Below the pieces are notes generated by a model. That model was not told the origin of the DNA. It saw only the letters and a list, made by a program, of their open reading frames with translations, and searched no databases. A program made the translations under genes and the position numbers. 64,000 nt of DNA, taken from NCBI GenBank assembly GCA_965207885.1, contig OZ242311.1, positions 4,416,001-4,480,000 of the forward strand. The letters are read 5' to 3'. Numbering within the stretch: position 1 is the first letter of the stretch; each line of letters opens with the position of its first letter. This document shows positions 20,261 through 30,817 of the stretch, piece by piece. The stretch comes from Candidatus Latescibacterota bacterium. GTDB lineage: Bacteria > Latescibacterota > UBA2968.

Positions 20261-21796
20261 TTACTCTGCCTGAGGGACCAGAACGGCTCCATCGGCTGTT
20301 GTGGCCCGGAAAGCAAACGCCCAGCCGCCGTGATTGGAGCCCCGGTCGTTACTGAGCTTGAGCACGATGGAATTGGCACCTGCCCGAAGCGTCACCGGAA
20401 TGCTCTGGGCTCGAAAGGCGTAGTGGTGACCCAGATCGAAAACCTCATCATTTACGCGCAGAATCAAAGCGTCATCCCAGGCCACACGCAGATTTGCCGT
20501 CATATCTGCAGGTGCATGTAAGACGCAGCGGGCAAGCGCTGCGCCCACATCGGTATTGCCCACACCCGGACCCCAGGGCCGAAACACATGGTTAAAATCG
20601 ACAAAGCCGTGGTGAGCGGCGCGTTTGACCCAACGCGCTACGTCCCGTCCCCGTTGTCGTGAGCCAGCGGTCAACCAGGCCGACTCTTCACCGTGCAAAC
20701 CATCAAACGTCGGTTCTATCTGAAAGGCCGTCTCCGGGGGCAAGGCCGTTTCCATCGCTTGACCATTGTGATTGGCGAAAGGGCCGCATAGCCACCATTC
20801 GCCGCTGGCTGGCAGCGGCAGATCATGGGTCCCGCGCGGCAGTTCGACACCGGGCAGCAGCTGCGACCAATCGGGCATAGCGAAGAACGGTCGCACGGCG
20901 TCCTCCTGGTACCAATAGACGGTAGAGCAGATATCGTTTGCCATACAGCCGAAGCGCATGTGAATCGATTGCTGGAAGGGAAGAGAGTCCTTTTCGAAGA
21001 AGCGGTAGCCCACCAACCGTTGCGCCGGGCGCGCCTGTCCCACATCCTCATGCACATAGTAAGGCATTGCGGCGTAGTGATGGGTTTCGGGTGGATGCAA
21101 GGCTCCCCCGTAGCCAGCCCCAAAGGTATCCTCACCCCCAATACCGCGCAAAAAGGCCGGGTGTTCGCCCTCTCCATCGATGTAGATATTTTCAGCCCCG
21201 CCGTGGCTCCAGCGATCGACATCATCGAGCAACCGCACGCCGTACACAAAGCCCAACAACTCTCCTGGCCCGTCGGCATCCAGCATCAGAAAGTCTTCAC
21301 CGTAGCGCTGGGTCGGCATTTCTCGCCGCCAACGGGCGCAGAAACGTCGCCTCTCACTCAGAGTCTGATTGGGGTAACGGTGCCAATCCACCTGCAGGTA
21401 GGCGCGGTTCTCTTCGGGTCCGGCTTCAAACTCAACCCGTGCGGATCGGGCGAAGGGCATCTGGAAGTAGCAGTTGTAGCCAATCCAGGCCTTGACCGAT
21501 AGGAAGTGGGTATCTATCGGATACCAGCCCTGGCCATGCATAACCCCAAAAAAGTCACCGACGGGCGCCTCAACATAGGGGATCGGCTCATCATCAAAAT
21601 AGATGCGGATAAGCACTTTGCGGCTGGTCATGGGTATGCGCTCTGGCCATGACAGTACGACCCAAAGGTGCTGAATACAGCCTGGCCCATCGAGTTCGGC
21701 ATAGACGGCTTTTTGGTTGGCCGGCAAAGGTCCGGTCATACTGACGCGATCGGGGATACCAACTTCAGGGAGTTGTAAATCCATCACAGACTCCAT
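20261..21796 (-). CDS. DUF2961 (GH172-like) protein with C-terminal extension
   Basis: GPGCIQHLW, APVGDFFG, NCYFQMPF, GGEDTFG. Confidence 0.82.
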   Translation of the reverse strand: MESVMDLQLPEVGIPDRVSMTGPLPANQKAVYAELDGPGCIQHLWVVLSWPERIPMTSRKVLIRIYFDDEPIPYVEAPVGDFFGVMHGQGWYPIDTHFLSVKAWIGYNCYFQMPFARSARVEFEAGPEENRAYLQVDWHRYPNQTLSERRRFCARWRREMPTQRYGEDFLMLDADGPGELLGFVYGVRLLDDVDRWSHGGAENIYIDGEGEHPAFLRGIGGEDTFGAGYGGALHPPETHHYAAMPYYVHEDVGQARPAQRLVGYRFFEKDSLPFQQSIHMRFGCMANDICSTVYWYQEDAVRPFFAMPDWSQLLPGVELPRGTHDLPLPASGEWWLCGPFANHNGQAMETALPPETAFQIEPTFDGLHGEESAWLTAGSRQRGRDVARWVKRAAHHGFVDFNHVFRPWGPGVGNTDVGAALARCVLHAPADMTANLRVAWDDALILRVNDEVFDLGHHYAFRAQSIPVTLRAGANSIVLKLSNDRGSNHGGWAFAFRATTADGAVLVPQAE

Positions 21797-21805
21797 TCTT
21801 GTTTA

Positions 21806-23791
21806 TCACTTTCGCACCCATGCCTCACCCGAAGATAGATCTCGCCCAAGCGTCCAGGTCTTCTCAAAAGCCTCAACAGTCAATTCAACGCGGTCATCCC
21901 CAGCGCGTAATACATCGGGCAATTCGGCTACAACGCCAGGAACATCTGTCCTGCGATAGGGCACAACCACAGTCAAAAACGCTGTCGGTGACTGCTGGTT
22001 CAGCGCAAAACGAAATGCTTTGCGCGGCACACGCGAACCATAAGTCCATGCAAACCATCCCTCTTCTTCCGCCATAGATACCGCGCAATTTGCACCAGCC
22101 TGCACCAGCACATTTGCATCGTCAAATTGCGTAAAAGCACGCCTTCCCGCCTCGTCAAACACCACATCGCCCGGTGCAAATTGGAAATGCAAATCCAGTT
22201 GACCGGGAACATCGCCAATCGCCTCGTCCAAAAACGCGAAAAATTGTCGATTGACAAACCACACCGAACGGCGGTGAACCAATCCCGGATACGACCCATT
22301 CTCCACGACCAGCACATCGCTATCCGCCCCTTCTGACACCCACAACAAATGCCGCCCATCATCGGACGTATCCCCACCGTCCAATGTCAGAGTCTGATGC
22401 ACTGTCGTCTGCCGGTGCCACGCGCGGCCTTCTGCATCGTGACCATAAGTATAAAAACCCGTATCAGACATCAACCAGCGCCCATAAGCGTACAATTCAA
22501 ACGTCCCATTATCCGGTTGATCGTGACTCGAAATAGCGGGCGGCGAACAATGCAGCGCCATGTGAATCTGATCGGGTCCCCAATCATCGCGCATCACATA
22601 CAAACCAGCCTCTTGAAATGCACGACTCTTTTGCTCGGGCAAAAATTCCCGATCCAGAGTCGCCCGCGCAGCGTATTTGGGATCGCCCAGCAATTCTGTA
22701 GCTTCGACAAGTGAGTCATAAAGTCCCCACTTTGAGCGATCATCCGTCTCATGCAACGCACGCGATCCATCCCCAAACATCGGCGGACCCAGATCGGGCG
22801 ATGCAATCCAGAAAATATAGTCGTGCATCAACCGCACGCGCTCTCGAAACGCCTCTGAAATCTCAATACCGAAGGTATCCATGCGTCCAAAAATTTCCAC
22901 AGCATCCCCCAACACCCCCACATGATACCCAAAAGACCACTCCCGCTGAACGCCATCTGTTGTTGTCTGCGCCAGAAAATTCTCTTCAACCCGCTCCAGT
23001 GCCAATTCCATCCATTCACGCGATTCCGCAAACTCGCGGAACGTATAGGCAATATTGATAAATCCCCGCTGTTCAAACACGGCCTTATTGTGAATCACTC
23101 CCATCGGAATCAGCTTTGTCTTAACCTGATGATCGTACAGACTTGCCAGCAACAGACCGAGGAACTCGGGCGTAAATGCCTCGGCATGAACCAAACTGCG
23201 AAATGCCGAACAGATATTCGTGGCTCGAATACCCGTCTGAATATCCAGCCAGACAAATCCCTTCCAGTGCGTATAAACGGAATGGGTTTTGGTGTGATTT
23301 TCCAGCGGATGTTTTGAAATCCAATCGGTCGTCATCTCCACAAATGTCTGGGCGTATTTCTCATCGCGCGTTGCAGCATAAGCCTGTGCGAGCGGTGCAG
23401 CCCAATAAAAACGGTACACAGCCGCGACCCATTCAATATCGCCGCGGGGATCCCATTCCCAGTCAAAATCATCGCCATAATGCGCCTCTTCATAAGGTCC
23501 CCATTGAATAATGCCCTGACAAATATTATCGGCTGTTTCAAAAGTACCTTCAGGTACTGCACCCACAAAATCGTCTTCCCCAGACGCTTCATCCAGCGGA
23601 TATTTCGCCCGATAATAATCGCGCAAAGCTGCAAGTGTGCCACTTCGATTCCCAGCATCCGCAGCCCGTTCTGCCGCCTCCAAACCCGTCAGATCTAATT
23701 TTTCCAAAATTCGTCCAGGATCAAACGACTCCAAAGGCATCTCGTGATCAATTTGATCCGCGCCTGCTGGATACTCCACTACTGAACTCAT
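21806..23791 (-). CDS. heparinase II/III family protein
   Basis: DGVQREWSFGYH, HDQPDNGTFEL, DTGFYTY, HQTLTLDG. Confidence 0.85.
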   Translation of the reverse strand: MSSVVEYPAGADQIDHEMPLESFDPGRILEKLDLTGLEAAERAADAGNRSGTLAALRDYYRAKYPLDEASGEDDFVGAVPEGTFETADNICQGIIQWGPYEEAHYGDDFDWEWDPRGDIEWVAAVYRFYWAAPLAQAYAATRDEKYAQTFVEMTTDWISKHPLENHTKTHSVYTHWKGFVWLDIQTGIRATNICSAFRSLVHAEAFTPEFLGLLLASLYDHQVKTKLIPMGVIHNKAVFEQRGFINIAYTFREFAESREWMELALERVEENFLAQTTTDGVQREWSFGYHVGVLGDAVEIFGRMDTFGIEISEAFRERVRLMHDYIFWIASPDLGPPMFGDGSRALHETDDRSKWGLYDSLVEATELLGDPKYAARATLDREFLPEQKSRAFQEAGLYVMRDDWGPDQIHMALHCSPPAISSHDQPDNGTFELYAYGRWLMSDTGFYTYGHDAEGRAWHRQTTVHQTLTLDGGDTSDDGRHLLWVSEGADSDVLVVENGSYPGLVHRRSVWFVNRQFFAFLDEAIGDVPGQLDLHFQFAPGDVVFDEAGRRAFTQFDDANVLVQAGANCAVSMAEEEGWFAWTYGSRVPRKAFRFALNQQSPTAFLTVVVPYRRTDVPGVVAELPDVLRAGDDRVELTVEAFEKTWTLGRDLSSGEAWVRK

Positions 23792-23845
23792 AGCCATGCC
23801 TCCCAATTACTTCACATTTTAATAGTCCACACAGGACTCGCCATC

Positions 23846-26004
23846 TTATTTTTCACTTCTAAACGCATGTGCTGGAACGGTGTTATTCAGTATCAACTTT
23901 ATCACCACACTTTGAAGGGGTTGCAATTTCATCGACACACCTTCATCCGTCAACGCGATGCGACCAGAATCCGATCCATCAAAAAATTGGTATGTATCGT
24001 ACGCGGGAACCCGGTCTATACGCAATAGCGAAACATCTGGCAAAAGATGAATTGGACAGACAACCTCTCTAAAAAAACGCGCATCCAGATTATGCGCCAC
24101 CAACAATCCCGAATGCCGGGTATAGCGCGTATAGGCAAAAACGCGGTCTTCAGAGTCGGTATTGCGGTAAAAATAAACATGCCCGGTTTGCAACTCAGGC
24201 CGCTGGCTCACAAACTCGTGCAAAGCCTCATAAGCAGCAACAAGCTGTGAATGGGGTTCTCTATCGGCCCACTCTGGATGCAACAATGTAGATGCCTCAA
24301 AATCAGTACGCGTCTCCTCGCCCCATTCTGAACCCCACTCCAAAGCATACGCCAAATTCACATAATGTGCCGTACCCGCCGTCGCATTGATAAGCGAACA
24401 CTGGATATTGCGCAGCAGTGCCAGCATCCGGGACTGATAGCGATCCCGCCAGATCTTTGTCGCGCGCGGGCTATCGTGATTCTCAAAATAAGCCATCGCC
24501 ACAGTGCGAGGTGCAAACGCGCCAGAAGTGCGCTCTAAAAAATCGGCATACTGATTTCCGTATTCCGCATCCCGATGAAAATCCACCAGCAATGCGTAAA
24601 TCATATCCACCGGAATATCCACTGCCTCACCTAACTCGCATAGCGTTTCGCCCAAAACGAGCGCATCGGGTTTAACCGCATTGATGCGGTTTTTAATCTG
24701 CTTCAAAAATGGCCGATCCACAGTCTGGCTCGCGTCAATACGCACCCCATCCAGATCACAAGTACGCATCCAAAAAGGCGCGATTCCCGACAGATAATTT
24801 TGCAAGGGCCTGTTAAAAGGCAAGTCGAGCAACGCCACATCCGAATAAACCAGCCATGCAATCTGATGAATTTTGGGCTGCCCGTGCTCATCCATCACAT
24901 ACCAATCGGGATATTGTTCAATCAACGGACAATCGCGACTGGTTTGCATCAACACCAGATCGAAAATCACCTGCTTGCCCAGCGCGTGTGCCCGCCGTGT
25001 TAGCGCGCGCAATTCCGCACGCCCAATCAACTGTATCAGCGTATCGCGCCCGACCCAATCAACCAATTCTTTGAATGTGCGAAAATTGTTAAAATCATCG
25101 ACCTTGCGCAATCTCGACAATTGTCGTTCGTGCAATAAAGTCTGCAAATCCAAGTCGGTAATCAACCCATCCGACACCAGCGCGAGAAAATCCACCTCTT
25201 CTGGCGGCGTGACCAGAGCGGGATCAATCCGATAAAAATCCCGCACGGCATAAACACTGCCCAGCGCGCCTTTGCGCACATCCTGTCCCGTATGTAAATC
25301 GCCAAATCCAGGTTCAAAAAAAGGGAGCAAATACACCACATCTGTCTGCATCTCTCCAAGGCGCGATGTCACATCGCAAAATGTACCACTCACAAATTGC
25401 CCATCTGCATCCAGACGCGCGCCAACTTTTCGCACACAGACTTCGGTAATTGAAAGACAACGGCGAACCCGTTCTGGGCTGATCGCGATTACCCCATCTC
25501 GATTCAGTGCAATATCATTGACCGATATCCACGCCTTTGAAGCATCTGACACTGCCTTATCATCAGCCGAAAACTCGACCGTATAGTGAAAAACACCCGT
25601 CTGATCGATCTGTATCACATCCGATTCGAAAATCAGATTATTCCCCGAAAGAACGGGTTGCCTTGATCTATCTACAACGATATGCATAGAAACGTAAAAG
25701 CCTGTACCTGTGCGAAACTCCCCCCGCTCATCTACAAAGCCGCGATCATTCACATCGGTCCACAAACGCGCTTCCACATCGCCTGTGCGACAGGTGGCAA
25801 AATCGATATCCGCAACAAATAACTCAGCTCGAACACGCGCTTCTACCGCACTATCAGGCATCAAAAATGCCCGAGCCATCACTGCATCATATCGAATGCC
25901 ATCCACTCAACCGTCAGATTACCGGCCCAGACATCCGCATTGTCATACGCCTGCACAGCATATCGCTCGTGCAATTTGTATTTAAATTCCAAACGCTTAT
26001 CCAC
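23846..26004 (-). pseudogene. alpha-amylase (GH13) family protein with a 1-bp frameshift near the 5' end
   Basis: GSVYAVRD, LDGVRIDAS, LGE, ENHD motifs; SD-led GTG at 26004 is out of frame with the main ORF (25906) by 1 nt. Confidence 0.6.
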
Positions 26005-26179
26005 ATACTCTCCCCGTAAAATGTACTCCAGACAATATACGAAAATTTATGGGAAAATCTCAATAAACGCACTGATATGTAATACACATTTAACAGATAA
26101 GAAACGGTAAAGAAATATACACCTAATATATTCAACCGTCAGTTTACGCCACCCCAACTATCTCAGGGAGGAATTCAGT

Positions 26180-26518
26180 ATGAAACTCATCACAGCAGTC
26201 ATCCAGCCCCACAAGCTGGACGATGTGCGCGCAGCACTCGGCGACATCGGCATCCAGGGCATGACCGTCACCGAAGCGCGTGGCTTTGGACGCCAAAGAG
26301 GACACCGAGAAGTCTATCGCGGTGCTGAATACATCGTCGATTTTCTGCCCAAAGCCAAGCTGGAGATCGCCGTCAATGACGATGAAGCTGACCGCGCTAT
26401 TGATGCGATAGAGCATGCAGCCAAAACCGGCAATGTAGGCGATGGAAAGATATTCGTTGCGGATTTGGGACAAGCAGTTCGCATTCGAACGGGCGAAACC
26501 GGGCCCGATGCGCTATAA
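26180..26518 (+). CDS. glnK: P-II nitrogen regulator, copy 1
   Basis: GFGRQ, YRGAEY, TG..GDGKIF; upstream of amt. Confidence 0.97.
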   Translation: MKLITAVIQPHKLDDVRAALGDIGIQGMTVTEARGFGRQRGHREVYRGAEYIVDFLPKAKLEIAVNDDEADRAIDAIEHAAKTGNVGDGKIFVADLGQAVRIRTGETGPDAL

Positions 26519-26543
26519 CACAATCATATCTCAGGAGAATACA

Positions 26544-27872
26544 ATGATTAAACGCCATAAAATCTTTACCCTGCTCATCGGCCTGGCATTGTTGCTCGCC
26601 TTGCCCAACATCGCGCTTGCCGACGCACACGAACCCAACTCAGGCGACACAGCCTGGATGCTTACCTCAACTGCCCTGGTGCTATTTATGACCATCCCCG
26701 GCCTCGCCCTCTTTTACGGCGGCCTCGTACGCACCAAAAATGTTTTGTCTGTTCTCATGCAGTGTTTCGCTCTCACCGCCATCATGACCCTGGTCTGGGT
26801 CATCATCGGCTATAGTCTCGCCTTCAACACCGATGGCATGGAAGGCGGCGTGACCAACATAAACTCCTTTGTCGGCGGTTTAGGCACTATGTTCTTATCC
26901 GGTGTAACCGCCAGCAGCCTGTCTGGCACCATTCCCGAAACAGTTTTCATCACCTTCCAGATGACCTTTGCCATTATCACCCCGGCCCTCATCGTCGGTG
27001 CTTTTGCAGAACGCATGAAATTCTCGGCCATGATTCTGTTCTCGATCCTCTGGTCCATCGTAGTCTATGCGCCTATCTGCCACATGGCCTGGAGCGGCGA
27101 CGGTTCCTTCTTTGGCGACATGGGCGTACTCGACTTTGCAGGTGGTACGGTTGTACACATCAACGCAGGCATCGCAGCACTTGTGGCCTGTATTGTCATT
27201 GGCAAACGCCAGGGCTATCCCGATACACTTATGGCTCCTCACAGCCTGACAATCACCGTTATAGGCGCGTCCATGCTGTGGGTCGGCTGGTTCGGCTTTA
27301 ATGCCGGAAGTGCTGTCGCAGCCGACGGAGCCGCAGGCATGGCCATGCTCGTCACGCAGGTCGCCACTGCATCTGCAACATTGGGTTGGATGGCCGCCGA
27401 ATGGATCAAACTCGGCAAACCCAGTATCCTGGGCGCAGTCACGGGTGCTGTTGCCGGTCTCGTCGCCATCACCCCTGCTTCGGGCAGCGTAGGACCGATG
27501 GGTGCGATAGTCGTTGGTCTGGCATCTGGCGTCCTCTGCTTCTGGGCCGCCACCAGCCTCAAGCGAGCATTGGGTTATGACGACTCCCTCGATGCTTTCG
27601 GCGTTCACGGTATAGGCGGTATTGTGGGTGCGCTCCTTACGGGCATCTTTGCCGCTGAAAGCCTCGGTGGACAAGGACTCAGTGCCGATTCTATCGGCGG
27701 ACAATTCGTCGTACAGCTCATCGGCGTCGTCTTCACCATCGTCTATTGCGGCGTCTTATCCTTCATCTTGCTCAAAATCGTCGATGCCATCGTCGGTTTA
27801 CGGGTCTCACAAGACGAAGAAACCGAAGGACTCGATATCTCGCTCCACGACGAACGCGGCTACAATTATTAA
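26544..27872 (+). CDS. amtB: ammonium transporter, copy 1
   Basis: FQMTFAIIT, DFAGGTVVH, GWFGFN, DAFGVHG. Confidence 0.97.
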   Translation: MIKRHKIFTLLIGLALLLALPNIALADAHEPNSGDTAWMLTSTALVLFMTIPGLALFYGGLVRTKNVLSVLMQCFALTAIMTLVWVIIGYSLAFNTDGMEGGVTNINSFVGGLGTMFLSGVTASSLSGTIPETVFITFQMTFAIITPALIVGAFAERMKFSAMILFSILWSIVVYAPICHMAWSGDGSFFGDMGVLDFAGGTVVHINAGIAALVACIVIGKRQGYPDTLMAPHSLTITVIGASMLWVGWFGFNAGSAVAADGAAGMAMLVTQVATASATLGWMAAEWIKLGKPSILGAVTGAVAGLVAITPASGSVGPMGAIVVGLASGVLCFWAATSLKRALGYDDSLDAFGVHGIGGIVGALLTGIFAAESLGGQGLSADSIGGQFVVQLIGVVFTIVYCGVLSFILLKIVDAIVGLRVSQDEETEGLDISLHDERGYNY

Positions 27873-27903
27873 AACTGTCAGCCAAACCAAACATTTACCC
27901 CAG

Positions 27904-27936
27904 GCGCACTTCTCCACGAAGTGCGCTTTTTTTTTT
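27904..27936 (+). terminator. intrinsic terminator
   Basis: GCGCACTTC-TCCAC-GAAGTGCGC + long T run. Confidence 0.85.
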
Positions 27937-28030
27937 CTTTGTAATTCAAAAATCGGGTTTTATAATACACGACTTGGAAATGGATCGAAAAGCGATCCCG
28001 ACCACACACCTTATGAAGGAGGAGTACAGT

Positions 28031-28369
28031 ATGAAACTCATCACAGCAGTCATCCAGCCCCACAAGCTGGACGATGTGCGCGCAGCACTCGGCGACATCG
28101 GCATCCAGGGCATGACCGTCACCGAAGCGCGTGGCTTTGGACGCCAAAGAGGACACCGAGAAGTCTATCGCGGTGCTGAATACATCGTCGATTTTCTGCC
28201 CAAAGCCAAGCTGGAGATCGCCGTCAATGACGATGAAGCTGACCGCGCTATTGATGCGATAGAGCATGCAGCCAAAACCGGCAATGTAGGTGATGGGAAG
28301 ATTTTTGTCACAGATTTGGGACAAGCTGTTCGCATTCGAACAGGCGAAACCGGACCCGACGCACTTTAG
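28031..28369 (+). CDS. glnK: P-II nitrogen regulator, copy 2
   Basis: Differs from copy 1 at a single residue; AGGAGG RBS. Confidence 0.97.
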   Translation: MKLITAVIQPHKLDDVRAALGDIGIQGMTVTEARGFGRQRGHREVYRGAEYIVDFLPKAKLEIAVNDDEADRAIDAIEHAAKTGNVGDGKIFVTDLGQAVRIRTGETGPDAL

Positions 28370-28405
28370 AACTAAAAAATGAAAAACTCTGGAGGGAACA
28401 CAAAT

Positions 28406-29727
28406 ATGAAACGCCACTTTTACATCTTAGCAAGTCTCATGCTCGTCTTAGGACTGCCAGACCTCGCGCTTGCCGATGGACACGAACTCAACGGCAGCGA
28501 CACAGCCTGGCTACTCACCTCAACTGCGCTGGTGCTATTTATGACCATCCCTGGCCTCGCCCTCTTTTACGGCGGCCTCGTACGCGCCAAAAATGTACTC
28601 TCCGTCCTCATGCAGTGTTTTGCACTCACCGCAATATTGAGCGTCGTCTGGGTCATCATCGGCTATAGCCTCGCCTTCAACACCAATGGCATGACAGCAG
28701 GTACTACCAATTTCAACTCCTTCATCGGTGGTCTGGGCACCGCGTTCTTATCCGGTGTGACAGCCGATAGCCTATCTGGTACAATTCCAGAAACGGTCTT
28801 CATCACCTTTCAAATGACCTTCTTCATCATCACACCTGCGCTCATAGTCGGTGCTTTTGCCGAACGCATGAAATTTTCAGCCGTACTCTTATTCTCTGTA
28901 CTCTGGGCATTCTTGTTTACGCGCCTATCTGCCATATGACCTGGGGTGGTGACGGCTCCTTCTTTGGCGACATGGGCGTGCTCGACTTTGCAGGTGGACT
29001 TGTTGTACACATCAACGCGGGTGTCGCGGCACTCGTCGCGTGTATTGTCATTGGCAAACGTCAGGGCTATCCCGACGCACAAATATTGCCACACAGCCTC
29101 AGCCTTACAGTTGTTGGCGCGTCCATGCTGTGGGTCGGCTGGTTCGGCTTTAATGCCGGAAGTGCTGTCGCAGCCGACGGAGCCGCAGGCATGGCCATGC
29201 TCGTCACACAGATATCTGCTGCAGTCGCCACCTCCACCTGGATGTTTATCGAATGGATCAAAAACGGCAAACCCAGTATTCTGGGTGCAGTTACAGGCAC
29301 CATTGCCGGATTGGGCGCCATTACACCAGCTTCGGGTAGCGTAGGGCCCATAGGAGCAATTGTCATCGGCCTTGCTGCCGGTGCGATTTGCTTTTGGGCA
29401 TCCACCACACTCAAACGCAAATTGGGCTACGACGACTCCCTCGACGTCTTCGGCGTCCACGGCGTGGGCGGCATTATTGGCACCCTGCTATGTGGCATTT
29501 TTGTCGTCAAAAGTTTGGGTGGTCAGGGCTTGGCCGAAGGCATGACCATGGGCAGTCAATTCACCGCGCAACTGATAGCGGTCATTATCACCATCGTCTA
29601 TTGCGGCGTGGTATCCTTCATCCTGCTCAAAATCGTTGACGCCGCCGTTGGCCTGCGCGTCTCGCAAGAAGAAGAAACCGGAGGACTCGATATTGCCCTC
29701 CACGACGAACGCGGCTATAATTATTAA
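28406..29727 (+). pseudogene. amtB: ammonium transporter copy 2, frameshifted at ~28912
   Basis: Two ORFs covering N- and C-halves; one base missing relative to copy 1 (W-S-I-V-V-Y-A-P-I-C-H). Confidence 0.85.
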
Positions 29728-29750
29728 TACCCGCTTGACAAAGCGGACTA

Positions 29751-29781
29751 AAAAAAGCGGGCACATTGTACCCGCTTTTTT
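29751..29781 (+). terminator. intrinsic terminator
   Basis: AAAAAAGCGGG..CCCGCTTTTTT. Confidence 0.8.
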
Positions 29782-29857
29782 TATTGTTGCAATTATTTTC
29801 CAGACACCTTTATTTCTCACCGACAACCGTCATAATCCACCACAGAAAGGAACAAAG

Positions 29858-30817
29858 ATGAAAATTGTTTTACACCCCCCTGTCGATGAAGACCTTTGCC
29901 AACAAGTGCGAGACACGGCTCCCAACGCCGAAGTTGTCATGGCAGATGGCAAAAATGTCATTGAAGCTGTCGCAGATGCCGAAATTATATTTGGAAATTT
30001 TTCGTCTGAAATTGTCAATGCAGCTCCCAATCTCAAATGGATTCAATCCACGAGTGCTGGCATGGACAAAGCACTGATCCCCGAAGTCGCCAACAGCGAC
30101 ATCACACTATGCAATGCCAGCGGCGTCCATGCCGTTCAGGTCGCCGAACACGCCTGGGCACTCACCACCGCCCTCACGCGCGGACTACACGTTTCTTTTC
30201 GCCATCAACTCGACCATGCCTGGACGCGCCCACCACTCGCCGACTTATTGGAAGCCACCATTCTCATCGTCGGATTTGGCGGCATTGGTCAATACTATGC
30301 ACAACTCGCTCAGGGCTATGACGCGCGTCTGATTGCGCTGGATATACAGGGCGGAGACAAACCCGATTACGTCGAAGCGATCTGGGACATGGATCGCCTG
30401 GATGAAGGTCTGCAAATAGCAGATGTCGTATTTATCGCCGTACCGTACACACCCGAAACCGAAAAACTCATCAATGCCCGCACTCTGGGCCTGATGAAAA
30501 ACACCGCCTTTTTGGTCAACACCGCACGCGGTCCCATCGTCGATGAAGCCGCTTTGGCCGAGGGCCTCAAAAACGGCGAAATCGCCGGTGCTGGCCTGGA
30601 CGTGTTTGAAAAAGAACCCCTGTCTCCCGATAGCCCGCTCTGGGACATGGAAAATGCCATTATCACCCCACACGCTGCCGGTGGCTCTCCCAATCGACAC
30701 AACCGAACCATTGGATTCTTCTGCCAAAACCTGAAACGCTACCAGACTGGCGAGCCGCTCTTTAACGAAGTTGACAAATCCCTCGGATATCCAAAACGGG
30801 AACGGCGCGTCACATGA
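29858..30817 (+). CDS. D-2-hydroxyacid dehydrogenase
   Basis: GFGGIG, NTARG, LDVFEKEP, TPH. Confidence 0.92.
   Translation: MKIVLHPPVDEDLCQQVRDTAPNAEVVMADGKNVIEAVADAEIIFGNFSSEIVNAAPNLKWIQSTSAGMDKALIPEVANSDITLCNASGVHAVQVAEHAWALTTALTRGLHVSFRHQLDHAWTRPPLADLLEATILIVGFGGIGQYYAQLAQGYDARLIALDIQGGDKPDYVEAIWDMDRLDEGLQIADVVFIAVPYTPETEKLINARTLGLMKNTAFLVNTARGPIVDEAALAEGLKNGEIAGAGLDVFEKEPLSPDSPLWDMENAIITPHAAGGSPNRHNRTIGFFCQNLKRYQTGEPLFNEVDKSLGYPKRERRVT

Noticed and set aside
25880-25906. DGIRYDAV as a second GH13 catalytic motif
   Set aside because: The real nucleophile motif (LDGVRIDAS) lies internally with matching E and HD motifs; the N-terminal look-alike is probably coincidental
26078-26096. GlnR/TnrA or NtcA box upstream of glnK (TGTAA-N8-TAACA)
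   Set aside because: Spacing fits neither TGTNA-N7-TNACA nor GTA-N8-TAC; no sigma54 -24/-12 motif seen either
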